A stretch of 63,769 nucleotides of DNA, filler included, from Nemertoderma westbladi (GCA_032718475.1; 3 parts of 3 records of this genome joined end to end with filler, not necessarily neighbours in it); one strand, 5' to 3'. Shown: positions 38,011 to 52,505, counted from the first letter of the whole stretch. Notes: generated by a model not told the origin, from the sequence alone. Translations and numbers: made by a program.

Positions 38011-40016
38011 CTGGAAGAAAAACACAGTTTAATATATCAAAGTAACTAGCAATTACGCAAATACCACCTCGGCGAATTAATATCTAGTCAATGTTGATTG
38101 ATAAATTCAGTGAATGTTACAGGTTACAGATGCAGGTTATTTTAACAGAAATAAAGTCAACAAGCTGGCAAGCCTGGAAGGTTCACGGTCCTCCTACTTA
38201 ATCAGTACAATAATAATACGTTTTCGTTCGGGTAGGCCTATGTTTCCTTTTCACTTGTTCCCATCGTACAGTCGTAGGCGACCTCATGCTCCTGTGCTCA
38301 TCCCACCACGACCACGACCACCAGTTACGAGTTGGGTAGGCGTCTACCGGCAACCGGTAAGTAATTACGCGCCACACGACGTCATCCCGCCATCCGCCAA
38401 CATTTATACCGGTACGGTAAGCCTACCACCTACCGGCTGGCTACCATCGCACCGTAGGTCTACCGCCTACGCCTACCGGTCAACCGGTAACGGTAGGCTA
38501 CCGCGTACCGGTACAGCGGTACTCAAAGTCGTACCGGTATTGTCGTAATTGACAAATGCAGGATTAAACCGTAACCCGTTCCAGTACCGGTACCATATGC
38601 ATCTGAACGACTGGACGGTTAATCTCATAGCATAGCTGCATAGGCCTACTGGTAGTCAGTGCGAAGTCGCCTGCGAACATGGCGAAATATTATATTTACT
38701 GCTAGGGCTAGGCTAGGACCTACTGCTGTACTGACCTATGACAGTATGAAGATAGGCAGATAGGCCTACAGTGGTCAGGTAGTACCGGTCCGGTATGCCT
38801 ACTACAGGCAGACAATCAGACAGTACTAGCAGTGCTAATTAATTACCTTAATTAAATCTTCAATTAGGTCATAATGTAGGTCCAAATTTAAAAATCGGCC
38901 TCCGTTAATCGATTTACAAATAATTCAGGTACCTCCATGCCAAATATCAGAATCATTCATTGCGTTCCCTATGACAAGATAGCTTTTTCCTAAACCATGC
39001 GAAAACACGCAAATATAGCGCTCACATCGCACAAATACCATCTCGACACCCAATTTTTTGTATGAGCCTTCGCCATCCCTATATCTAACTTTTGTCCAAA
39101 TTTTGTTTCGATTGATTAATAAATAACTGAGATATCGCTCTGGACACACACACACACACACACACACACTAACACACACACACACACACATTACGGTAAT
39201 AATGGTCACCTATGTCAAGGACCGTGAACCAATAGAAAAGGTTACAGTTAGTTATATTTTTGGGAGTAATCAGCTGTTACTATTTTCTATTATACTATTT
39301 TCCCCTGGAGTGGGATGATATATTATTACACCAGAATGATTAATTCCCCCCCCCCCCCCCCCCCTCCCATGTGCCTGAGATCAATACTTCTAGGAGCAGC
39401 TATCATTAAGTTCAAAAAATAGATTTGATGACCATAAAAATTTATGTTCAAAATTGAAACCCATTATCCGAACAACAAGACGAAAAATCGATAACTTAAA
39501 ACTAATTTGATAACATCCAAAAATGTATTGACGTAAAGCATATCAAAACCTGAAAACCGTGGGATGGAATTTAATCAACGAAAAAGGTTGTCTGTGTCAC
39601 TCAGAATATATCTTGGTGGAATTTCGACTAACCAGGAACATACAGGAACTTACGTGAAAAACAGATTCCTTTGGTATAACCAAAGGATTTCTTGCTTAAT
39701 AATTTAATCAGGTTGCGAAGGAAATCATGTTGGAGAGACTGGCCATGGATGTGGGACGTACAACGTGCAATTTGGGGTCAGGGAGTGTGGGGGGGGGGTG
39801 GGGGGGGGGGGGTGGGGGGTGTCAAGCAAGTATTTACCCACAAAAAGGAAACGGGATGATTGACGAACCACAACTGCTGGGATATGATGCAAAGCATATA
39901 TGATTAATAATATTTGTGAATTTAGTTATATTATAGCTAAATAACGGTTAATATTGACACAATATAATTATATATAAATTTATTGAATGAAATAAGTGAA
40001 ACCCCAATAAACTAAC

Positions 40017-40406
40017 CGTATTCGCATTCATTAATGTCTATCTGACAGTTGCGACCTTCGAATCCGTCAGGACAGGAGCAGATTGCGGAGCCGTCGTTGG
40101 GGTTGGTCTGGCAGATACCCCCGTTCTGGCAGGGATCCGACGAGCAGTTGTCTATAAGATGGCACAGGAGACCCGTGTACTCCGGGGTGCATATGCACTC
40201 GAACCTACTGAGCTGGTCAACGCAAGTGGCCCCGTTGAAGCACGGGTTACCCTCGCAGTCGTCGATGTTGATCGAACAATCGTCCCCCTTCCAGCCATTA
40301 ACGCACAGACACTGATGGTGTCCGTCCAGATTGGAACAGGTTCCTCCGTTCTGACAAACTATATCGCCGGAATGACATTCATCAACGTCGATGTTACAAA
40401 ATTCAC
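40017..40406 (-). CDS. Notch: Notch exon, EGF repeats ~8-10, 390 nt, phase 1-1
   Basis: gtgtttttag|GT...TACG|gttagt; CLCVNGWKGDDCSINIDDC, TGLLCHL, CQTNP are diagnostic of Notch EGF8-10. Confidence 0.94.
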
Positions 40407-40832
40407 CTAAAAACACAAAGAAACAAATGAATATTATACGAAACAGGATTCAGTCTCTTCATGGGTTCAGTTAGACTATTTTATGTATGTATTGACCAGA
40501 ACAAGAGATTAAAATGCGAATAATTAACAATCTTAGTTAATTAGTATTCAACCTCATATGGTTAACATTCCACCAAAAGCCTGTGTTATTTTACTCTTGG
40601 GTGTTATTATCAATTTCTTCCCTTTCCACATAAATCCATTCCATGTTACGCTAACAGCATATAAACTAAGTCAAATCGCTCACATGGCTTATCTGCGATA
40701 TTAAATAGCATCCGATAAGACCATCTTCAATAATATAATATAATAGATTTTAGTACTTTTTACTTATTATATGAAAGCCAAAAATTATCATCATGAATGT
40801 GAATAATAACTCCACGGATGTAACCGGGATTA

Positions 40833-41215
40833 CATCCATCCATCCATCCATCCATCCATCCATCCATCCATCCATCCATCCATCCATCCATCCATCCATC
40901 CATCCATCCATCCATCCATCCATCCATCCATCCATCCATCCATCCATCCATCCATCCATCCATCCATCCATCCATCCATCCATCCATCCATCCATCCATC
41001 CATCCATCCATCCATCCATCCATCCATCCATCCATCCATCCATCCATCCATCCATCCATCCATCCATCCATCCATCCATCCATCCATCCATCCATCCATC
41101 CATCCATCCATCCATCCATCCATCCATCCATCCATCCATCCATCCATCCATCCATCCATCCATCCATCCATCCATCCATCCATCCATCCATCCATCCATC
41201 CATCCATCCATCCAT

Positions 41216-41249
<34 letters not shown>

Positions 41250-41314
41250 GTCCATCCGTCCATCCGTCCATCCGTCCATCCGTCCATCCGTCCATCCGTC
41301 CATCCGTCCATCCG

Positions 41315-41345
<31 letters not shown>

Positions 41346-42253
41346 GTCCATCCGTCCATCCGTCCATCCGTCCATCCGTCCATCCGTCCATCCGTCCATC
41401 CGTCCATCCGTCCATCCGTCCATCCGTCCGTCCGTCCGTCCGTCCGTCCGTCCGTCCGTCCGTCCGTCCGTCCGTCCGTCCGTCCGTCCGTCCATCCGTC
41501 CATCCGTCCATCCGTCCATCCGTCCATCCGTCCATCCGTCCATCCGTCCATCCGTCCATCCGTCCATCCGTCCATCCGTCCATCCGTCCATCCGTCCATC
41601 CGTCCATCCGTCCATCCGTCCATCCGTCCATCCGTCCATCCGTCCATCCGTCCATCCGTCCATCCGTCCATCCGTCCATCCGTCCATCCGTCCATCCGTC
41701 CATCCGTCCATCCGTCCATCCGTCCATCCGTCCATCCGTCCATCCGTCCATCCGTCCATCCGTCCATCCGTCCATCCGTCCATCCGTCCATCCGTCCATC
41801 CGTCCATCCGTCCATCCGTCCATCCGTCCATCCGTCCATCCGTCCATCCGTCCATCCGTCCATCCGTCCATCCGTCCATCCGTCCATCCGTCCATCCGTC
41901 CATCCGTCCATCCGTCCATCCGTCCATCCGTCCATCCGTCCATCCGTCCATCCGTCCATCCGTCCATCCGTCCATCCGTCCATCCGTCCATCCGTCCATC
42001 CGTCCGTCCGTCCGTCCGTCCGTCCGTCCGTCCGTCCGTCCGTCCCGTCCGTCCGTCCGTCCGTCCGTCCGTCCGTCCGTCCGTCCGTCCGTCCGTCCGT
42101 CCGTCCGTCCGTCCGTCCGTCCGTCCGTCCGTCCGTCCGTCCGTCCGTCCGTCCGTCCGTCCGTCCGTCCGTCCGTCCGTCCGTCCGTCCGTCCGTCCGT
42201 CCGTCCGTCCGTCCGTCGTCCGTCCGTCCGTCCGTCCGTCCGTCCGTCCGTCC
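40833..42253. repeat. Compound tetranucleotide microsatellite (CATC)n/(CATCCGTC)n/(CGTC)n, 1.4 kb
   Basis: Direct reading. Confidence 0.98.
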
Positions 42254-44365
42254 AACACAATAAGAGAAACCATTCTTGAGTTATTCAATCAATGCAAACA
42301 CAGGGAAACACGCTAAGGAAAGAAGCTGATAAAAAGCCAGACAGAGCTGGAGTCTGGCTTCAGACCGGACTTTTGTAACCAGATCTTACGGAGCCACCCT
42401 AAACCGCTATACAATGGGATTAAAAAATAGTCAAAGCCAAGAAATAAAAAGGATACATGTGATGGATAATTTGAGAAAAAAATCTAACAAAAAGTCACTC
42501 ATGTTCAAAAGTTTAGACAGGTTAATTGGATATTTACAGGAGTGGCATCGCCTTAGGGTGAAACATGGCGGCAGATTCCAAACAGGAAACTGATAGCGAT
42601 GCCACACAAGCTGGTTAAATATCAAATACGTGTCAAAACAGCAGGAATTTCATGCCAAAGAAAATTCTTAAAGGAAACCCTAGAAGAACAGGAAAAGCCT
42701 CGAGCTTATTTTATATCAACATCTTATTAAAGCGATGTAAATAAGTCTCTAGACTGTTGGTAAAACAAACTTATTATAGACAGACAGACACGGACTGCTG
42801 TCAGATTGGATGTTACATATATAAAGTTGAGTAGGATTTACTGTTTGGTCACGAGGAAGTAAAGATTAATAAAAACTTATTAAAAAGTAGAAAGTTATAG
42901 GTGAACTTGACATACGAAACAAATAAGGCTTCTCTCTCTTGGCTGTTACTTGTGATGCAGGGAGGGATTCACACTAACTCCCCAGGGCGTTAACTCAGTA
43001 ACTATTCTATCGCTTTCTTTATTTCTCTCGGTGGCGAAGCCAGGAGAATAAAAGGTTTTAGGTTTATAAAAGGTTTTTAAATTTGAGTAATCATTAAAAC
43101 AATAAGCTAAACCTGAACCCCAGCCTTACAATTATTGATAACAACTCGTCCGAAAGCGTAGAGTTCATTAAGATTTTAGCTTCTCGCGGGGCCAATATTG
43201 GCTGCACTTGTTGACATCAGGGCCTACGTAATGCACCTGTATGTATAGGCCGGCAGAATTAAGGGGGCCAGACTATAATAGGGCTCGTGTAGCCAAGCCA
43301 CGTGCCACAAAACATAGAGGGGTTCAATATCCTGTAGTAGCGAGTACAGGAGTAGCCAGGAGTACAGCATGACTAACATATTGCTTGCTTAAAGGGGCGC
43401 GCGTAGACAACAGAGCACGCGCTGACATGCATAAATCAATAAGCTTCGAAGCGGGACTATTTAAAATGAGGCGCCAATTTGGGTTTGACGAGCGCATTTA
43501 AGAGCACTGCTGCATATATATTAGTTGTACCTTACTCAACAACTTGTGGTACATAATATTGGATTGCCAAAAACGAGGTTATAATTTATAATTTGTAGAT
43601 ATACAACATGATCGTGTTCGTCCCCTAATCATAACAATTGAACAGCAACTAACAGCTCACAATCCCCCACCACGCCTCACACCCTATAGTGGATTATTCA
43701 GAGTAGCACGAGCCCCCGTTATTATTCACCGGCCATTCATAATGCGCCACACACACACACAAGGCTCACAAAAATACTAGCGAATTAAATAGATAAGAAT
43801 ATTGGCTATAATCTCCTTGTATCTGTGAAATCCCATCGAAGTGGCCTGATCTTTAGTAGATTATGTGAAACTTTGCCAAGAATGTCTCCTTAAATCTATA
43901 ATTTAAGATAACAGGCCCACTCTTATACTGTAGGTTGATAATAACAGGCCCACTCTTACACTGTTGGTTTCAATGTAAACGACGTCCCATAAGAATTATA
44001 GTTCAGCTACATAAACAAATGACGTTGAATCAAAGTAACGCGTTTAATACGGATGAATTCGTTTAATTAAATGCATTCTGTAATGTAATCTTCTGAGATA
44101 TGACAGCATATGCTATGAGTTAGAAATAATTTTTATTAACAATACCGTTATTATTTACGCCGGCGCACTGGGTATATGTAAATGGGTAACTCATCCAGTA
44201 ATTACATAAGGCTAGAGGACATGATATCCAGATATAAACTATAGACAACGGTGTCTTAAAGATAAACCGCAAACTACAACACACAGCAACGAGTTGCTTT
44301 ACACCTCACCTAGCATACGACTACGACACCCATAAATGGCGTTTTGCAAAATCTTGAAATATATT

Positions 44366-44664
<299 letters not shown>

Positions 44665-45135
44665 AACAGACCGAAACTTAATATAGGAACAAGGGGACAG
44701 TTTGTGGCGCTGCTTACAAGTCGTTAGGTAATGATGTACTAGGTGTTTCGTCTCGCTTTTGTTCATCTCAACCAACCATACCTGTACGGTGGGTTTGTTT
44801 GTCACTTTAGTATATTAATAAGAGAACAATCCCTAAAATTAATGTCCAAATTTAAACCATTTTTATAACCTTTTGAAGTTTTAGGGATAATATTTGGAAT
44901 TTCCGCCCCGTTTAAATATCATGCATCCATGAGGCTCCCAGGAGCTGGTAGGGTAGAAAGCTAAAATTTATGTTGACATAAAAAGTAATGTTATGTTATG
45001 TATGGGTGAAAGTGTGAAACACGAAACACCTAAGGCACCCCGAAGGGCCATCTCTCTTGGATGTTACCTAAATTCGAACCCGACCAAATTCAGTATGCTG
45101 GAAATCCATGTTACAGATTGGTCGAAAAAGCAACA

Positions 45136-47137
45136 AACGAATGAGCAGCTATGCGGGTCTCGAACTAACGAATGAGCAGTTATGCGGGTCTCGAACTAAC
45201 GAATGAGCAGTTATGCGGGTCTCGAACTAACGAATGAGCAGCTATGCGGGTCTCGAACTAACGAATGAGCAGTTATGCGGGTCTCGAACTAACGAATGAG
45301 CAGCTATGCGGGTCTCGAACTAACGAATGAGCAGCTATGCGGGTCTCGAACTAACGAATGAGCAGCTATGGGGTCTCGAACTAACGAATGAGCAGTTATG
45401 CGGGTCTCGAACTAACGAATGAGCAGCTATGGGGTCTCGAACTAACGAATGAGCAGCTATGCGGGTCTCGAACTAACGAATGAGCAGTTATGCGGGTCTC
45501 GAACTAACGAATGAGCAGTTATGCGGGTCTCGAACTAACGAATGAGCAGCTATGCGGGTCTCGAACTAACGAATGAGCAGCTATGCGGGTCTCAAACTAA
45601 CGAATGAGCAGCTATGCGGGTCTCGAACTAACGAATGAGCAGCTATGGGGTCTCGAACTAACGAATGAGCAGCTATGGGGTCTCGAACTAACGAATGAGC
45701 AGCTATGCGGGTCTCAAACTAACGAATGAGCAGCTATGCGGGTCTCGAACTAACGAATGAGCAGCTATGCGGGTCTCGAACTAACGAATGAGCAGCTATG
45801 GGGTCTCGAACTAACGAATGAGCAGCTATGCGGGTCTCAAACTAACGAATGAGCAGCTATGCGGGTCTCGAACTAACGAATGAGCAGCTATGCGGGTCTC
45901 AAACTAACGAATGAGCAGCTATGCGGGTCTCGAACTAACGAATGAGCAGCTATGGGGTCTCGAACTAACGAATGAGCAGCTATGCGGGTCTCGAACTAAC
46001 GAATGAGCAGCTATGGGGTCTCGAACTAACGAATGAGCAGCTATGCGGGTCTCAAACTAACGAATGAGCAGCTATGCGGGTCTCGAACTAACGAATGAGC
46101 AGTTATGCGGGTCTCGAACTAACGAATGAGCAGCTATGGGGTCTCGAACTAACGAATGAGCAGTTATGCGGGTCTCAAACTAACGAATGAGCAGCTATGC
46201 GGGTCTCGAACTAACGAATGAGCAGCTATGCGGGTCTCGAACTAACGAATGAGCAGCTATGGGGTCTCGAACTAACGAATGAGCAGCTATGCGGGTCTCA
46301 AACTAACGAATGAGCAGCTATGCGGGTCTCGAACTAACGAATGAGCAGCTATGCGGGTCTCGAACTAACGAATGAGCAGCTATGCGGGTCTCGAACTAAC
46401 GAATGAGCAGCTATGGGGTCTCGAACTAACGAATGAGCAGCTATGCGGGTCTCAAACTAACGAATGAGCAGCTATGCGGGTCTCGAACTAACGAATGAGC
46501 AGTTATGCGGGTCTCGAACTAACGAATGAGCAGCTATGGGGTCTCGAACTAACGAATGAGCAGCTATGGGGTCTCGAACTAACGAATGAGCAGCTATGCG
46601 GGTCTCAAACTAACGAATGAGCAGCTATGCGGGTCTCGAACTAACGAATGAGCAGCTATGCGGGTCTCGAACTAACGAATGAGCAGCTATGGGGTCTCGA
46701 ACTAACGAATGAGCAGCTATGCGGGTCTCAAACTAACGAATGAGCAGCTATGCGGGTCTCGAACTAACGAATGAGCAGCTATGCGGGTCTCAAACTAACG
46801 AATGAGCAGCTATGCGGGTCTCGAACTAACGAATGAGCAGCTATGGGGTCTCGAACTAACGAATGAGCAGCTATGCGGGTCTCAAACTAACGAATGAGCA
46901 GCTATGCGGGTCTCGAACTAACGAATGAGCAGTTATGCGGGTCTCGAACTAACGAATGAGCAGCTATGGGGTCTCGAACTAACGAATGAGCAGTTATGCG
47001 GGTCTCGAACTAACGAATGAGCAGCTATGCGGGTCTCAAACTAACGAATGAGCAGCTATGCGGGTCTCGAACTAACGAATGAGCAGCTATGCGGGTCTCA
47101 AACTAACGAATGAACAGCTATGCGGGTCTCGAACTAA
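45136..47137. repeat. Satellite, 30-31-bp unit aactaacgaatgagcagctatgcgggtctcg, ~65 copies
   Basis: Direct reading; three recurring variants (gct/gtt, gcgggt/ggggt, ctcg/ctca). Confidence 0.97.
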
Positions 47138-50100
47138 TTGGTGACTAAGTTAAATCTTGACATCACTCATAATTACAAAATTAAATCAGACCAAAAATTA
47201 AAAATTTATTTTAAGATATACTTACAAATCTCTCTTACATTTCACACTCACACATCTTATGCGGCTGATATTATGTTCTGGGAGAGGAGCCTATTATAGG
47301 GCACACGTTAAGGTAACTCATTAAGTACCGCGGTTGTACCTCACATGTGTTTATGTAAAATCGATCCCTGGATATATGAATAATAAAGAACAAAGAACAT
47401 TGATTTACCATCCTTGGTCCTCGAACTAAAACTCGAAAAGTTACCGCTTATTAAACTTTATCTGACCGGTGCAGCTGCATACCGCTACTGATGTACAACT
47501 TAGATACCCTTGACTCCGCCACTGCGTCAGCAGTTACCTGCTCAGTGGCGCGGAAACGAGATACACCTGTTGGCCCAGTGGCCCCATCCATTCGGGGAAC
47601 GGTCCCAACCGATTCGAGAGAGCGGAACCCATTCCTACTCTTATGAGAATCTCACAGGAGATATAGTGACGGCAGCTGATAAGGCAGAGTGCAAATCGAT
47701 ACTGTTAAAATACACCGAGAGAGAGAGAGATAGCAAACAGAGAAGGCATATATATAATTAGTAACATTGATTTTTCTTTACGAAACTTTCTTTGAGAAAA
47801 TTCTCAAATCCCTCTCAACCTACACACAAGATTACCTGTCAGCCGCATTTCAAACCGCCTCTAAAAACAAGATGAATCAGATTAACTAACAACTTTATAT
47901 TGTGAAATTGTCAAGCCTTATAAAATATAAGTAAAATGGAGAGGCACTTAGAGAGGAGGAAATACATCCCTTACTTCGTTAACGAGACACAATACAACCG
48001 GTTTCCGTTCCCATGAAAGTAACACGGTTTGTTTCCGTATAGCGTAGGATGACAAATCGTCACAAGGGAATAACAAAGCGTCGGTCGCGGCGCAATCAAC
48101 AGCGGGGCCGGATAGCTCGCCATTAAAACATAAGAGGGCAGACCGCGGGCAGTGTACTGGTAGAAATCGAGTTACTAAGGTAATTCGGTTTACGGAGAGA
48201 GAGAGAGAGTACGGACTATGGTTGTAAACACAAAGGGCCACAATAACTCACGGGTCGACAAGTCATTCAGCACGAGAGGTAACTCAATAAACCGGGCTCC
48301 TTTATACCGATCGGTATATGAGTAACTAAGACAGATCGCGGAAACGCATAGGTTTGTTCACTCCGCATCAATAATTGATATTACGAGTTGCATCCTGTAG
48401 CAACTAATATACAAACATCAATACATACCGATACGTATATATTGCCATACAACATAAATAAATACTTTATCTTTTGTAAAACGAATAAGCCATAATACAA
48501 CCTACCCATAACATAGAACTACCGCGATAAAGATCTCTCGAACTACCGCGGTACGTGGGTATAGGCGATCGGGGACACGTCCTTGTGTTTGATAACAAAC
48601 ACGCAAACAAGGGGGTGACATTCGACGCAAGGCGGCTCTCATATTATTATATACAGAATAAACGCGCCCCAAAACTTATCGAATTTAGATATACAACTGC
48701 GCAAACATCCATACAGCGGCTGCGAAACCCAAATGGAATGTAATGACAAACATTGTTGGCCTTCTTGTGTTTGCTCCCATATTTCTTAATTATTAAATGC
48801 CACAAAGAGGGCAGATAATTAAGTTTGGTTGTGATGAGTAAATATGTATGTGCAAGATAGGAAAACAAATCAGTCGTGCATATACTCTATGCTTGGAGGT
48901 GTGTAATCTGGGCTGGGCGAGTGTGCATTATGTATAACATGCATTAGGCTAGGGCACGGCACGGGGCTCATAAATAAAGATGATGTGTCTATAGTCCACT
49001 CTATTCCCTATCCAGGGTCCAACTCATAACAACCCTTCCCTTATTGCAGAGGATAAACAACTCGGTTTAAATGCTAATGGATGAAATTCTGTACGGGTTA
49101 GGGGTACTTTATCTAACGGAGTGAAATATAGTAGTTAGTTTCAGTATTGTGCTGGTGTAGTCGAGGTAAGGTCGTTCCTCTCGTGTAAAACAGGCACAGA
49201 TAGTCAGAGGGGCGAGTGCAACCATCAAATATAACATCATAATGGACTAAATAAGTAAGTAAGTAAGTGTCAGAGGAAAGTGGTTCAATTAGTTAACTGA
49301 TGAGGCCTAATTGGGCTTAAACGCGAATATCGCTGGTTCAACCCCCGGTGATGTGCTTCCTAATTTTTTAAATTTCTGAACAAAATCATATTATAATATC
49401 ATTAGATATGTAATAATTTGCAAACAAAAATGTTAAATTATTTAACAATTTAAATTAAATAATAAAACCGATTTAATTGCTTAATAAAATAAAGAAGTCG
49501 TCGCCTTGTAATAAAACATCTCAAAAATAAATTATCTCTTAGCTTTTCCGTTTTGGATTTCCAAGTTTAACATTCAAAAATTATACCTGCCAAAAATTGG
49601 CGATAAGAAGGTTCGCCAGTGAGTCTATTCCCTTGTAAATCAAGGAACCTGGTCGCATTTATCAAACAACGCCATAACAGCCACCTGTAGGAGGTACTTT
49701 AGTAAGTGACAGTAAAGTAGCGAGATAATATAAAGATAAGGAGTAAATTGGTTCCATCGGGCTGTTACATATCAATTGGAAAAGTCTTATCTCGAAATAG
49801 GAAAGAGTTGTGTAAAACGCATGCCTGAATGCTTGCCTTGCCTTTCCTATTATAGTATGGGACTGCTGTTCAGAAATTACTAAGTACCCAGCCCCTTAGG
49901 TTTGTAGATTTACAACACACCTAACCCACACAAACAACATGCCTAAACCATACGAGTATTAATCAACTCTTACAGAAGCAACAAATATTGTTATTCTTTT
50001 ATACAAAGTATGTTTAGAAGATAAATAGCGATGCCATCTTCCCAACACTGAGGCCTATAGTCTGAGACAAAAAACCGAGCAGACACGCCAGACACCCACC

Positions 50101-50345
50101 CCGATAAGAAAATTAGTTGAAAACCAGGTTTACTAAACTAGATAAATGTGTCAACCTCACTGTTTGTTAGTCGCCAACAATATTATGACTCCTGGGCAGC
50201 GCCCAAGATACGAATATTTTACTGAAAAACAAATAATTTTTTGACAATAAAGTTATATTTGTAATCGTTTCATTAGAACTGGAACTGCATATTTATGAGA
50301 AAAAGGGGGGGATTTATGAAATCAGTTCGACGCTATTTGCTCAAA

Positions 50346-50567
50346 TATGAAGAATTCACCAGATTTTCACCAAAAACACAGGTTTCAGAAGGGCTGAATC
50401 TAACCAAAACAATAAACGAATTAGTATATGTACAGGTTATAAGGCAGAAATAAGCGCTATAAAACACTTAATAATAAAGATAAATTAAAAAAAATAAAAA
50501 ATCTTCATATATAAAATTCCAATAAAAAGTCGACCGAAAAGTGAAATCCTGGTATTCTTCACATGGG
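50346..50567. mobile_element. MITE, cccatgtgaagaatacc family
   Basis: Nearly identical to 58424-58643. Confidence 0.8.
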
Positions 50568-50848
50568 TGGATATTTTATTGGAATTGTATACGGTATATG
50601 AAGAATTAATTGTATTTTAAATTTCACTTTATTAACTATTTTAAACTTAATGCGTTAAAGCTTTAAACTTAATATTATTTCTAACTTATTTGTTAGTATG
50701 AAACGTGGTGGGTGTCCAGATCGGTTCACCACACTGTATAGTGATACTTGACAAACGGTTAAGTGTTTCGGCCACTGTGAAGGATTATTTAAGATGAGGA
50801 TGGTATATCTGACTGCATTGCTGCTGATGTCCGAGCTCGCTCGACTTA

Positions 50849-51920
50849 CTAGTAGTAGACCTAGCAGTAGTATAGTAGACCTAGCAGTAGTATAGTAGAC
50901 CTAGCAGTAGTATAGTAGACCTAGCAGTAGTATAGTATACCTAGTAGTAGTATAGTAGACCTAGCAGTAGTATAGTAGACCTAGCAGTAGTATAGTAGAC
51001 CTAGCAGTAGTATAGTATACCTAGTAGTAGTATAGTAGACCTAGTAGTAGTATAGTAGACCTAGTAGTAGTATAGTAGACCTAGTAGTAGTAGACCTAGT
51101 AGTAGTATAGTAGACCTAGTAGTAGTATAGTAGACCTAGTAGTAGTAGACCTAGTAGTAGTAGACCTAGCAGTAGTAGACCTAGTAGTAGTATAGTAGAC
51201 CTAGCAGTAGTATAGTAGACCTAGCAGTAGTATAGTATACCTAGTAGTAGTATAGTAGACCTAGTAGTAGTATAGTAGACCTAGTAGTAGTATAGTAGAC
51301 CTAGTAGTAGTAGACCTAGTAGTAGTATAGTAGACCTAGTAGTAGTATAGTAGACCTAGTAGTAGTAGACCTAGTAGTAGTAGACCTAGCAGTAGTAGAC
51401 CTAGTAGTAGTATAGTAGACCTAGTAGTAGTATAGTAGACCTAGTAGTAGTAGACCTAGTAGTAGTAGACCTAGCAGTAGTAGACCTAGTAGTAGTAGAC
51501 CTAGTAGTAGTAGACCTAGTAGTAGTAGACCTAGTAGTAGTAGACCTAGTAGTAGTAGACCTAGCAGTAGTAGACCTAGTAGTAGTATAGTAGACCTAGT
51601 AGTAGTAGACCTAGTAGTAGTAGACCTAGTAGTAGTATAGTAGACCTAGTAGTAGTAGACCTAGTAGTAGTAGACCTAGTAGTAGTAGACCTAGCAGTAG
51701 TAGACCTAGTAGTAGTATAGTAGACCTAGTAGTAGTAGACCTAGTAGTAGTAGTAGACCTAGCAGTAGTAGACCTAGTAGTAGTATAGTAGACCTAGTAG
51801 TAGTAGACCTAGTAGTAGTAGACCTAGTAGTAGTAGACCTAGTAGTAGTAGACCTAGTAGTAGTAGACCTAGTAGTAGTAGACCTAGCAGTAGTATAGTA
51901 GACCTAGTATAGTAGTAGTA
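50849..51920. repeat. (TAG)-based minisatellite, mixed 20-bp (ctagcagtagtatagtagac) and 15-bp (ctagtagtagtagac) units
   Basis: Direct reading; ends ~15 nt from the Notch donor at 51935. Confidence 0.96.
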
Positions 51921-51935
51921 TTGCTGATTACTAAC

Positions 51936-52192
51936 CTGTCCAAGTATCAGGACAGATACATGTGTAGGAGTTGATCATGTCGACACACCGACCCCCGTTC
52001 CTACAACGGTGATCCCGGCAGTCGTCTATATTAATCTCGCAGTCCACTCCCGTGAAGCCGACCACGCAGTCGCACTCGTGGTGGTAGTTGGTCACCTTGC
52101 GACAGACCCCGCCGTTCTGGCATGGCGAAGGCTCGCACGGGATGTATATCTCGGCACACAGGTCACCCCGGTACTGAGACGTACATTCGCAC
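51936..52192 (-). CDS. Notch: Notch exon, EGF repeats ~5-7, 257 nt, phase 2-1 (absent from the ORF track)
   Basis: cccgtgcag|G...ACAG|gttagt; hand translation (R)CECTSQYRGDLCAEIYIPCEPSPCQNGGVCRKVTNYHHECDCVVGFTGVDCEINIDDCRDHRCRNGGRCVDMINSYTCICPDTWT(G). Phases fit both neighbouring exons. Confidence 0.94.
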
Positions 52193-52290
52193 CTGCACGG
52201 GAAATAAAGCCATTAAATAAAAACAAAACAATGGTGAAACATCGTGAAAGTATATATAATAAAAGCAACCCGCCACATACTAACCAAAAT

Positions 52291-52505
52291 GGTGTAGGTG
52301 TAAAACGCGGATCCGGATTCCAAAATTATCAATTAAGGGAAAGGAGCAGGTTACAGTGGCACGTTATTTTAACCAAAACAATAAAATAAAGTCAATAGAA
52401 CAGTTTATAGTTTTATTTTTGGGAGTTATAAAAATGTAAAAAAAATAGACTTACGTAGGGACAATGTTAAATGTAGAATCCGCGAGTCGCGTTTTACTCT
52501 GACCC
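52291..52505. mobile_element. Small TIR element (MITE) with possible 8-bp TSD accaaaat
   Basis: Ends gtaaaacgcggatccggattc and gaatccgcgagtcgcgttttac; accaaaat on both sides. Confidence 0.6.

Noticed and set aside
37789-38025. ORF-track peptide MFFFQMEFHANT.. as a gene
   Set aside because: Wrong reading frame of the Notch EGF11-12 exon.
40750-42316. Long ORFs of [12 protein letters not shown] repeats on both strands
   Set aside because: Translations of a stop-free tetranucleotide microsatellite.
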